64,000 nucleotides of DNA from Enoplolaimus lenunculus (Eukaryota), in the NCBI GenBank assembly GCA_030248215.1, contig JASANG010001414.1, positions 806,001 to 870,000 on the forward strand. The letters run 5' to 3'. This document shows, in pieces, positions 24,838-36,470 of the stretch. Positions within the stretch are counted from its first letter, which is position 1, and each line of letters starts with the position of its first letter. The notes under the pieces are model-generated. The model saw only the letters and a program-made list of their open reading frames with translations. It was not told the origin of the DNA and ran no database searches. The translations under genes were made by a program, and so were the position numbers.

Positions 24838-25232
24838 TAGGGATGTGTCGATTAATCGGCACAGGCAATAATCGGCACTTTTCGTAAGTATTGGCATCGG
24901 CACTGCAAAAAAATTGCCGATTCTTTGCCGATACTTTTAGCACATAACAATCAGTTGGAATGCTATCAATTCATTTCGGGGCGTACAATAGTGTGTCTTC
25001 TCAGGAAAATTGTTATCTCTCTTGCGTTTGTGTTCGAAAAAATAATTGAAATTAACCGTTCTTATAAAATTATAATCGTTTATGATGGTTAGGGTTTAAG
25101 CCTTCATATAATAACTTAATGTAGTATTCTATCTGCTTATTAAGCATAGTGTACTAAACTTGGAATCGGAATCGGCAAAATTTTAAAATAAGAATCGGCA
25201 TCGGCAAAAAATTTGGTATCGGCACATCCCTA
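24838..25232. mobile_element. MITE family B (hAT-like, ATCGGC/GCCGAT-rich), full copy
   Basis: TIR TAGGGATGTGTCGAT / ATCGGCACATCCCTA. Related copies at about 15335-15592, 19000-19338, 19372-19733, 25397-25675, 34300-34557 and 61796-62205. Confidence 0.85.
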
Positions 25233-25396
25233 TACGTATAAAACTCTTATGTTATATATAAGTACGTACTATTATTTTGACCAAAATAAAAATCACAATA
25301 TTTGGCTGCGAATTTTATTCGAAATGATAAATATAAGTTGTTACATCCAGAAGTCCAGATAATATTAACACACTTTGAGACAAAATTATAATATAT

Positions 25397-25675
25397 TAAG
25401 GCATGTGCCTGTACCAAAATTTCTGCCGATACCGATGCCAGTTCTTATTTTGAAAATTTACCTATGCCGATTCCATCTTTAGTACACCAAGCTTAAAGAA
25501 CAAATAGGATATATACTACATTATATCATTATGAGAAGACTTAAACTATAACCATCATAAGCGATTATAATTTTATAATAACGGTTCCATTTTTAAAAGT
25601 ATCGGCATTTTTTTGCAGTGCCGATGCCGATGCACTGCCGATTATTACCGATGCCGATTAATCGACACATCCGTA
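25397..25675. mobile_element. MITE family B, internally deleted copy in opposite orientation to 24838-25232
   Basis: GGCATGTGCCTGTACCAAAATTT...GCCGATTAATCGACACATCCGTA. Start approximate. Confidence 0.75.
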
Positions 25676-27166
25676 CATATTATAGCAAGTAGCGCAAAAC
25701 TGTCGTGGTTAAGTTTAATTTGCTGTTGAAATTTTGCATTTGCGACTATTGTTCCGATAAGATTTTTCTGGGTTTCCTTCTTAACCAAACTGGAGTGAGA
25801 TTACGTAGTTTCTAAAATCAAATTTAATGAAGACCATTTTAAGAATGTATTTTGTTGTTGTTCGCGCTGTTGTTTTCGCCGCAATTTGGTAAACAAATGA
25901 CAAATTGTAAAAGCAGTTTTGATTGTAAAATAAATCGTAGAGAATTCGTGACAAATGCTCGTTTACTTAAAAATCAATTTTTATGCAATACATATCTAAT
26001 GTTGAAAAGATAACGTAAAACAACACTACATTGCCCATCGTGTGGCCTACCAGTTCTGCACCATTTGTTCACATACGTATAAATTAGTGATGGGTAGCAG
26101 GCAATGGTTTTTTGAGTCCACGAGTGAGTATGGACTCACAATTTCTCAACGGTACGCAAAAAACTCAGTTGGACGCATTGTGGACTCAGCACGCTAACAT
26201 AAAATTTTCGATGAAAAAGAATGAAGAAATTTATTTTTGAACGTACCGGATAACCACCGAACTGGCTACAGCTTTAGTTAAAATTTCTGGTGTGCATCTC
26301 TGTGTCCAAATCGATTACAACGCACGCTGAGATGGGACCTATGAGGTATCCCTAGGCTTATGCTCAAATGGACTTTAAACTAAAATGTTCCTGGCTGTCA
26401 AACAATTAGGTTTACATCTTAAATGTTTTCCTCACTCGCTGTAAAACACGTTGTTTTGTCACTACCTGGGGTAGCCCCAAATGTATTTTGGGTTGGTCTT
26501 AAGTTAATTTTGACTAAAGTGTTACTTACGATATTTTGTCACTAAGCAGACGATATATATACGCTAAGGCAGGGTATAACCGAATCCATGATTTTGCCGA
26601 ATCAGAACCATTGTTACCACTTTGCGCTAAGGATAATGCAAATTGCACGGACGCATAGACTTTGGAACTGGACTCAAAAATATTCGCCTGGACTTTTTTT
26701 ACCCAGATAATTTTGAAAAAAATTCGCATAGGTAAAGAATGTCGAAAAAACAACAATAATCCATCAACAGTAATTATATAGTCTCATATTTGCTCATTAA
26801 TCTTTCAGATTTTCAGTAATTGAAGCTTCTGCACTTATTTCCGATTCCTGTCAGAATTCCGACTTCGAACAATTTCCGAGTCTGTTTGCGTCTTATCACC
26901 AGTTGCTTTTTGCTGCAAACGTTCAATATTTAAAATTTAAACGCTCGGCTATTATTTATGTACTGATCTCGTGCTGTATCTTAAACAGTCAGTGTTTTGG
27001 ATTGTTTGAATTTTCACACTTTGAACTTCAGTATCTACTAGTAGTCAGCCAGCTTTGCACAATGCGTAAAAGTTAGCGAAAGAACAATTACGTTTCTGTT
27101 CCAAGAAAATATTGTAAACAAAGTAATGCTGTAAAGTTGCCCGAAATACATATGTGGTGGCATTCC

Positions 27167-27341
27167 AGCTTTAATATATAGATTGTATACGTATATGTAG
27201 TATATATTTTTGACCTTTCAAAATTTTAGTAATTGCTGAAGTTTACCCTCTAGGTAGCTTTAATATATAGATTGTATACGTATATGTAGTATATATTTTT
27301 AACCTTTCAAAATTTTAGTAATAGCCGAAGCTTACCCTCTA
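27167..27341. repeat. Tandem duplication, period 89 bp
   Basis: AGCTTTAATATATAGATTGTATACGTATATGTAG..TTACCCTCTA starts at 27167 and 27256, with a few mismatches. Confidence 0.9.
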
Positions 27342-27667
27342 TGTACTGAAATAGGTTTATAGATTATATCAGTCGCAGTAAATCTAAATATTTTTCGACG
27401 CAGCTCGGCGTATGAATTCCAAAATATCAAAGTAGTAATTCATTAAAATACGGGTCCAGGTCCTGAGCCGCAAGTACTAAAATCACGGTGCAAGATGAAT
27501 TTGAATTATACCTAAATCGGAACAGGGAAAATTTACAACGAAATCGTAACTACAAAGTTTCAGAGCGCTTTTACAAACAACGTCTTATGTTATGTAATTA
27601 GTAAATCAGTAGTATGACGCGCCATACGTAAATATCGGTTTTTTAGAATGCATGACATTTATGTATC

Positions 27668-27922
27668 TGTCGTAGGCTAATCTGCTATTCAGGCCAATTA
27701 CCTATTGGCTAGGTCAATCTGCTTGAGTAATAGCAGTTTCGCCTAGGCTACACTACTATTAAACTTATAGACCAATCAAATTTGGTTATACATTTGGACA
27801 GACACAATACCCTTATCCAATCAGCGTTAGTTTTACATCACTGTTGTTTCACGACATCTTACAATCGTTATTTGGTCTAGGCCAGTAGGTAATTGGCCTG
27901 AATAGCAGATTGGCCTACGACA
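27668..27922. mobile_element. Ginger-type MITE, 255 bp
   Basis: About 42-bp TIR TGTCGTAGGC(T/C)AATCTGCTATTCAGGCCAATTACCTA(T/C)TGGC, TGT..ACA termini, exact 4-bp TSD TATC (27664-27667 and 27923-27926). Confidence 0.8.
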
Positions 27923-30544
27923 TATCTATGTCAGAATTGATTGTGATTGGAATCGGAATTTCGGCTGCACCCTGGCTAAAATGTAATCGAAAATGGTTCA
28001 GTCTGCTTAATTTAGTTTAAAAAGACAAACGGATGTTGCCGAACCTTGCTTAAATTCGGATTTTTCCAAACGTAATACGAAAATCCGATTTTGAAACTTT
28101 ACTTTTTGCCAAATTTAACACCGGAGCTGGACGTTTGTTTCCACCTCCATTGGTTTAAATTAATGTCCTATGCCTAAGACCTGTTGGACAATTCCGAATA
28201 GCTTAGTTACGTATTGGGGTATAGCGTCTGGTATATACGTAAAATAAAGTAGCTTTTTCCTTTTTGTTGAAATAACGGCAGTTACTTTATTGTGTTATAA
28301 ATTATAATGTATCGTTGTTTGGGTTACCCTGAGCAATGTTGATTCCTGACTGTGATGCCACTAGCATCTGGGAAGCAAACAGTTAAAATTTGCAGCCACA
28401 GGAAATCGGGGCCATTGAAGACCGTCGTCAGAGGTGCGGTCAATAACCGGTAAGACTATGGATATCCTGACCGCTTGTTCTGGGTGCCCGCATCGGAAGA
28501 CTTTTAGACAAACAATTTGTGGAATGATGGTGTTCAGTACAAAAGATCGTCCGCACAAGGCTGGAGCGATTTTTTCAGAAGTCAACGAGAGTGTTGGTGT
28601 TGGGTAAAAACGTAGCAATAAATATGTTGCGCTTTGGTAATGGTAATTGAGTCTTTTCCGGTATTCCCAAAGACGATCGGCAAAAATAAGCTGATTTTAC
28701 ATTACTTTCACATATTTGGCTTTCTGTTGACCTCCGAAATAAGTGTTTCGGCTATGCTGACTGTTATCTCGTCAAATCAGTTTATTTGAATATATATAGC
28801 TGGTCAACAGGGTGCAACCGGAATTCCGGTTCCGGTAGGGAAATCAGATATTTTTCACTATCAGATGTTCCGGTAAAAAATCCTGTGTTTTTCACCTATG
28901 ATTTTCCGGTATTTTCGGTATTGAAAATTTTTCTTATTCGAAAATTTAAGAAAAATTGGCATACTGACATATTTTTATGAAATTATTTTAACTGTCGGTC
29001 TTAGTACTTGCAAATTGAAATTTCCTAGATGGAGAATTTTGCCCGAAATGACCAGAGGTTGTTGCGCAAAGCTCATGTATGAAATTTTTCAGAACCAGAC
29101 TTTTTCTTTCAAACGCCGATTTGAGAGTGATAAAAAAGACGCTGATAAACTCTGGTTATTTATTTTTGCGTGAGACAGTTTGAATTTTATTGCTGCCTGG
29201 CGCAGAACTTACAGAAAAACTTATGCGTTTGAAACTAAGGAATGTCGTAATTTGGTTTTTGTACGTGGAAAATCTAAATGTAATGCTTCAAATTGTTGCT
29301 CAGTGCGTTATGGTTAAAACCTCCCACATGTTTTAGAGCAAGCATTCAATGTGTGTTAACCGCCCGACAGATAAAATAACCATCTTCGTATTACATTCCG
29401 TGATTAATCTCAAAGTCGTTATCTATGTATTGTGCTGATTGCGTTTATTTTTCAAATAAGGGTAATTTTTGAAACGAGATACCGAGGAGCGGAAAGATTC
29501 GTTATTGTAGGACTGGAAAAATTGTTTTTGTCAAATGACCGTGTATGCCGCCCAAGCGATTAGTGTAGATACAAAGCTGCCGCCATCAGTAGCGGCCAAT
29601 CAAAGCAGCGGAATGATAATATAGTGTGCCATGTATAGCGTGCCGTATTAAATAGATATGTTTTTAAATGTTTTTGTAGTGCCGCTCCGCCTTGATTATG
29701 TCTTCAAATCAATATATATACCTACCTACTTATACTTGGTCAAATTTAGATTCACTTTGATGTTGAGTTTGAGCTGGTCTTTGTAATTGTAGATCGTCTA
29801 TTTTGAATTGCTGTAATTTTGCCTTCTGCTGAACGTATTGTTTTGTTGTGTTTACTTATTAATCGTGTGAATTTGATCCAGATTGGGTTTACATTAATTT
29901 AAAATTTGTTAATAGTTATCGTTGCAAAACATTACAAAAATGTAACATAAATACGTATTTTTGATATGCCGGTTCGAACGATCCTTGAAATCTTTTCGGC
30001 TATTTTGATCCTTTATCTGGCGTTGCTAAGAATTGTTCAATTTTGAAATTCTTTACATATTTAATCTTTTCCAAATTTTTAAAATGGGTGTATTTCTGTT
30101 GGGAACGAAAAAAGATTGCGTAAAAAATCACCAATTCAATCTGTTTGACCAAGTTTTCGGAACTGATTGTTTCTAATGGTGTCAAATTTGGTGCTGCTAA
30201 CTGTTTGCTATGTGAAGAAAGCGGGATATGCCGAAAAGCCACGCTTAGTCTTATATGGCGCGACCCTAAGTAAAACCTTTAATGGAATCTACACCTCGTC
30301 TCGATAACTTGTCGCCCGACAGTGTTATAAGCGTAAGCCTAATTGCAATCATTTTCCTACGCCCAATTCTAAGCATAAACGTGACGTCGAGATTTCGGAT
30401 TACGATTTCGGATTACGCATTGTCGATCGACGAGTTGTCGGATGACGAATAGTCGCGATATTTCTTTGGTGATTTGACTTTTACAATAAGAATTATATTA
30501 TATACGTTAGTAGGTAATATAGGTAATAGATATTGAACATTTAG

Positions 30545-31246
30545 CATTTTGTATTGGAATGTGTAACACTCATTGTCATGATACAACACGACCAGTCGAC
30601 ATCAAACGCAGTTGGTCAAGCGCTAGTAATTATTGTACCCGAGAATACAACAATATTAACAGCATCAATACCGGTGTCTCATGCAAGAATGTGCCGTATA
30701 GCGTCAAATTCGTTGGCTAACGCTAGTTACCGCACCAATGGAGATGATGGAGCAAGTAGTAGTGGTGGTGGCGGCGGTTGTCTAACTGTGTCAACTGGAT
30801 TAACAGCTCTTGGTGGCAATGATGTTGTGGGTTGTGGTCATTTGTTTAGTGTAGATTGCGGGGATGAGGAGTCTTGTGGTGGTGACGCTTCTGCAGTAGA
30901 TCCAGCGGGTTGTTTGAGACTGAACCGTGTGGGCACGTGTAATATTAACAGCGGTAGGGAGCGACTGACTGTTACTGCGAGCGGGACTGGAAGGTTGCGG
31001 TGTGGTCGCGAACTTACGTTGGACAGAACTGGGAGTGCAGCAGATACAACTGGAGCAGAGGAAAGACTGTTGATGGTTGATACTTGGGCTTCTCGGGAAG
31101 AAAGCCAGGACGCAGTACCGGTGGTCCATGGTTCGGAAACCAACGCGGATTTTGTGGAGCGGTCCATAGATGATGGATCGGGAAGGAGCGATAACAGCGG
31201 AGATAGCCCTTCGGTGCAACAGTTGGACGACGAGTTTGTGGATGAG
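30545..31246 (+). CDS. Large exon, probably of gene B (or an alternative first exon): Gly/Ser/Asp/Cys-rich, low complexity
   Basis: 702-nt open frame, GC-richer than its surroundings, within ORF 30554-31339. Acceptor catttag|CAT (phase 0, compatible with the 16639 donor) and donor GAG|GTGAG (phase 0). Confidence 0.65.
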
Positions 31247-33061
31247 GTGAGGTTGGTTTCACAGCTTTTCGTTTCTATCTTGTATGGATTAGGTAGTACT
31301 TGGGATGGTGGATATTTTGGTTTGATTGATATGCATTAGTGTGTACATTGGCTATATGGTATGTTGTGAGTGTCTTGTGTTCTCTGTGTGTATGCGATTT
31401 TTTAAGTTAATTCTTAGCTAAAGCTTAATTGCTGTATATATTTATTGGAAGAACAGGATGAAGTAGTCCTTTCCGATGAACAAAATAGGATTTGGAGTTA
31501 CAAGATGTGTTAATATGGAAAATATGAGAAAATAGCAAGCTGGTTGGAGACAACGGGATGTCTGCTTCCGGCTTCGGCAGTAAATCGTACTTTAGCTATG
31601 TTGAATTTATATTTAGCCCACGTTTTAGCAATTTTGGTATCGAATATGTTCTTTGTATGACTGAAAGTTACACTCTTCAGTGAATTTGTTTTTTTGACTG
31701 CGGGGTGATATTGGAAAGTTTTAACATCCTATATTTTTCAAAAAGGGCGGGCACTTAAAACAAATTTTAATCAAAAATTCAATACCATTTCTATTACTCA
31801 ATTTTGCTTTACATTCGGTTCCGGTTTTCGCTATTTTTTCTTGCCCTCCGAGTTTGGTATTTAATTTTCTACCTCCGGCCGCTTGGAAACATTTTAGAAT
31901 TGAGGTGCTCGAGTTGTTACTTATACTATAATGTATTGGAAATTTCTCAAACTGCTTTTGCGCGCTTACTCTAAGCCATGACTTGTCACCTTATTAACTG
32001 TGGTAGTGGTTGACACATGGGTTTATTCATGGCTGTGCTAGCGAAGCTAGGTAAGCTACAGTAATCCTGTTATTATTAGCTTAAGGGACTGGGTTTTTCC
32101 GTATAACCATGACGCGAAGGCTAGTTGGTTAAATAATGGAGCAGTACTTGCGGACCAGTGATATTTGTTTAATACTTGATGCCTGTTTGAGGCAGCAATA
32201 AGTACCTTGTTGGCTGGAAAATAGTTGTGTAAAATTATTTCCTCTTGAGTCAGAATGATTCTAATGACATTGAATTCTTCAGATCGATATGGAAGTTGAG
32301 ACCACATTTTATCACGTCGAAGTGGAATGGTAATTTTAAGATATCTATACGTCGTATACCTCTATACTTATCATTGGTTATGGTTAATTTAATTTGTAAT
32401 TACTTGTCAAATTGGAACGAGTATATGTTAAATTTACACACATCATGATAATATATACATATACGTATAATATATATGTTTTACGTATGATATATATGTT
32501 TATACGTATACGTACGTATATACTAAATGACAATTTACGTTGAAAAACGTTTCAGTGAATTCAACTTTAGTTAATCAACAAAAGAATTTGAGCAATTACG
32601 TAACAACGTAATTACTTAATTAATGCAATTGGAATCTATTAGAATCATATGAATAATTTGCTACCAGTGAGTACATTTAAGGGCAAATATATAGGTGTAT
32701 TTTAGAGTTGCGCCGGGACCAAGATTTTTTACCGGAGCCGTAGCGTAAGGCCCCGGACATGGTACCGATTGACGCCAATGGATATTGGTATACGAAAGTG
32801 TCTGTTTTGCCAAAATAGCCGTTCGCTGCTGGACAAACATATTTATGTTGTGAAACAAAGCGCTTAGTCGACTCAAATCGTTTTAAATATACTGTGTAGA
32901 ACCTAAATAAATATATACGTACGTGTAACATGTTGTTTAAAGTTTTTGCGTCAAAGCTGATCGTTTCATCTCCGAATTTAAAATTTAGCCTGGTTGGGAC
33001 CCGATGATTTATCATGTTACCTGTTGCTATTTGTACCATTCGTGTAACATATACGTATATA

Positions 33062-33484
33062 TAGAAGTAAATATTGCCAAGGTCAAAAACGTATTTCGCA
33101 GCTTTTCAATTTTAAGGATAAGACCCCCCGCTATTGCGCTCCAATATAGTTTATCACTTCGTTTGTCCTGACTGTCTGTCAGGCTATATCGGCTCTTCAA
33201 GCCGCCAACTCTACAAGCGCATATGCGAACATAAAAAGGTCTCCGACCGCACTCTGCAGCCCACCGCGTCCACTAATAAACTGAATTCAGCCTTTTGTGA
33301 ACACTGTTCGAATTTCAGCCATACCTGCCCCACCGACAGTTTTTCGATAATTTATACATTGCCCAAATCGAGTCATTATTCATCTGGTCTCGCGTTGCAA
33401 ATCCTTGAATCCGCTTTCATCCGCAAAACAGAACCTAAACTCAATATACAAAGTAACGTATTTAGATTTAAAATTTTCACATAA
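33062..33484 (+). pseudogene. 5'-truncated, frameshifted Penelope-like retroelement fragment (GIY-YIG endonuclease domain)
   Basis: SNIVYHFVCPDCLSGYIGSSSRQLYKRICEH..SAFCEH..H..F..LQILESAFIRKTEPKLN matches the VY-YIG, CxxC, R..EH, H..H and E..I...P.LN pattern of Penelope endonucleases. The upstream RISQLFNFKDKTP lies in a shifted frame. No reverse transcriptase sequence is present. Confidence 0.85.
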
Positions 33485-35493
33485 TATGTTGCAACTGGCT
33501 AAAATATGGCAATATTTACTTTTATATTTATTATTTTCACCTTGTCTCCAATATATTTTTGGAATTTTTACTGTTACCGGAACCGGATATGGTTAATGAA
33601 TTTTTATTGGAACAGGAACCGGATAACGGATATTTTATGTGTTAAAATAATTCATTTTTTTCGCTGCATTTACTTTTAGCGTGCTCAAAGTTATCGTTGG
33701 TTATAAAGTTCGTAAGAGTTCGGTCTATAGCATTAAGTATATAACATGTTTGTTCTTTGTTGTGAGTAAAGCAGTTGAGTATAGTGCTAAACTGTGTAGT
33801 TTCGTTAGTAAAGTATTCCATTTCGTACCGTTACAAATATTTGAATGCATTTTATGTACTGTGAACATTAGTTGTTGAGTTGAAATATGAGCCGCAAGGT
33901 CGAGCACATCAAAGTGGTGTTAATTGTATTGTACATATGAATTTACTATATATATAAAACTGGGTGGGTGAGCTTTGGAATTGTGCTTAAAAGTTAAGTT
34001 AGTATTATTAATCGTTGAGTAAATGTCATGTATCTATTATGCATTGGACAATTTGTACGTATATATCTTTGAACGTCGATTTCAAGAGGGACAGTGCTTA
34101 TTAACATTATATATTATTGAGCGAAGCGAAACTCGGAATGCTCGGAGTTTCGCGAAGCGAAACTCGGAGTGCTCGGGGTGCGAGGAATCTGAATAAATTG
34201 TTTACGAACCTCTAAAACCGATAATTGAGTAGTTAGCTAATAACTGATTGGCATATTAGCTTAAACTCGAGGCTTGACGAACTGATACTATTACTACAGC
34301 AAATAATCATAATCACATTCTTAAACCCAAACAAGCATATATAAATGGTTATAATTTTATGTGAACGGTTCCTTTCAATTATTTTTTTCAAATACACACG
34401 CAAGACACACCAGTTTCTTGATTAGACGTACTGATGTACGCCAACCAGTGAAAACGTTTCCAGCGCACTACTAAATGCAAAAAGTATTGGCAAAGAATCT
34501 GCAGTTTTTTTGCAGAGCCTACTCGAAGTGCCGATGCCGATTAATCGACACATCCATAAAATCTGTCTTTACGTAGTACTTTATGTAATGCGCGAATAGA
34601 AAGTGGAATGAAATAATTGAGCGTTTAAGCATCGATCAAGTTCAGTTGTCTACATACACATTGAAGAATTAATGACATTGTATTATCTATTGTATATATA
34701 TCTTTATATATGTATGTATATATGTATGTATATATGTATACGTGGACATTGAAATGCGAGTCAACACAATAGAGTCGCTCAGCAAGTGGTGGCAACGATA
34801 AATTGAATTGAAATTAATTTGAAGACAAATTTAAATAGCTTGCTGCCGTTAAAGAGAACGTTTGAGTTGTAAATGGACGGTTAAGCGTTGAAAAATGGTG
34901 TGAGTCCTGTTTTACAAGATACAGTTACTGTTACCTGGGGTTGCAGGTCGAGCTGCTTAGGGTGAAATTAGAGCGGCTCCGCCGTCGAAAAGTTTCAGTT
35001 AAGTGTATGCGTATAGACGATGGAAATTCAATTAGCCTATATATACTGGTTTCAACATCGTACAGTTTCAAACGCAACCGTTGTACATGTATTAACGGTT
35101 GTTCGGTTGTTGAATTTTTAGAAAAACGTTGGTAGATTTTATGGTGATGAACTAATAAAATATTGCTGTAATCCGGATATACATATCGTCTTAGTCTTAA
35201 TGTATTCTGATGCTGACACAAACTTTTGGCGCTGGTACACTCCCAAACAAGAGTAATCCTTGGCGTTAAGCATATAAATTGTGTTAAAATGTAATAAAAT
35301 TTTGAAAACTTAGCCAATTGTACACATCGGACTGTATCTTCATCTTTTTCTTATTTTCTTACCCCGATCAATACGAAAAAAGTGTGAAAATTTAAAAATT
35401 TAGCTAGGGAAGCGTTCAAAATTGAAAATGCTGGAATATGTTGGTCACACAACCCATACGATGTCTGGGTCAACTGAAAAATGTGTCCGCGAG

Positions 35494-35502
35494 AACAACA
35501 GC

Positions 35503-35536
<34 letters not shown>

Positions 35537-35541
35537 GCAGC
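35494..35541. repeat. (CAA/CAG)n microsatellite
   Basis: Seen directly. Source of the poly-Cys ORF 35351-35638. Confidence 0.9.
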
Positions 35542-36168
35542 TGATAGCGAGATCATAGTTTGGTTGCATACATCGAGGGCACGCTAACGCTACAAGCTCT
35601 AACGACAGTTGCAATACGCAGAATGTGTGATCAATCAATTTTTGACACTTTGTGACCAGCGTTTATAAATGTGTCATACACGTGACGTGTACTTTGTGTA
35701 CGTGTATCTGTTGTTTGTGGCATGTTTATGGGGATATGTCGTTAGTGACAGTCCGTGAAGTTTAGCGTTATCTGTGGTATATATTCAAATTAATGTCTTA
35801 TCAGACCATTTGAACCAAGCAAAAGCAAGCGATGTAACATGCAACTCAATGAGAATATTGCGTTTAGGGTGTGCAAGTGATATAAATAATGATACGAACA
35901 TGTTAACTACGCTTCTGTGGCTGAAAATTCTTAATTTTTACCCACATCCACCCCACTCGTGCGCATCGTCCTACACCTATATAAAAATGGCACTTTTTCC
36001 CCGTCTCCCCACAAAGGAATACTTTAGTTAGTTTCACAGGGGGCTGTAGTCCCGTCTGTACCCACCGTAAGTTCAGGGGCCCTTAAGCAGGACGGGAAAG
36101 TGTCTGAACATTTGGGAATAATGGAACTTTTGTAATCTCCCGTTGTGGACAATGTTTCCGTTAAGTTG

Positions 36169-36470
36169 GGGTCTTTTCCGTTATCCCCCCAGCCCGCGTT
36201 TGCCCAAAAATGGTTCGATTTTGAAAATTTTTACATATTTCAGCTTCTCGTGACCTCCCCTGATCACTGCACGCCTAAATTTGAATTTTTGAAAAATTCA
36301 GATTTTTTAAGGTCCTAAGGTCCCCCCTTTGAAATCGACAAATTTTTTTGTCAAAATTTTTTAAGTCGGAGAAACGATAATTGTTCATCTAACCAGCGAC
36401 TGATTGGCAAGTTCGAAGGATTTGCAGCTGAACCACGTGGTATGTACAGACATTCCTAACACCATCAGTG
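36169..36470. mobile_element. MITE family E, one arm only
   Basis: GGGTCTTTTCCGTTATCCCCCCAGCCCGCGTTTGCCCAAAAATGGTTCGATTTTGAAAA matches the arms of the 43284 and 49649 copies. Right boundary approximate. Confidence 0.75.

Noticed and set aside
28320..28620. GC-richer, coding-looking patch with possible splice sites
   Set aside because: The phase-0 frame after the best acceptor hits a stop before the donor, and no domain is recognisable.
30800..31262. Three minus-strand ORFs
   Set aside because: They are shadows of the GC-richer + strand exon, which has the splice signals.
35351..35638. Poly-Cys ORF
   Set aside because: It is the reverse strand of a (CAA)n microsatellite.
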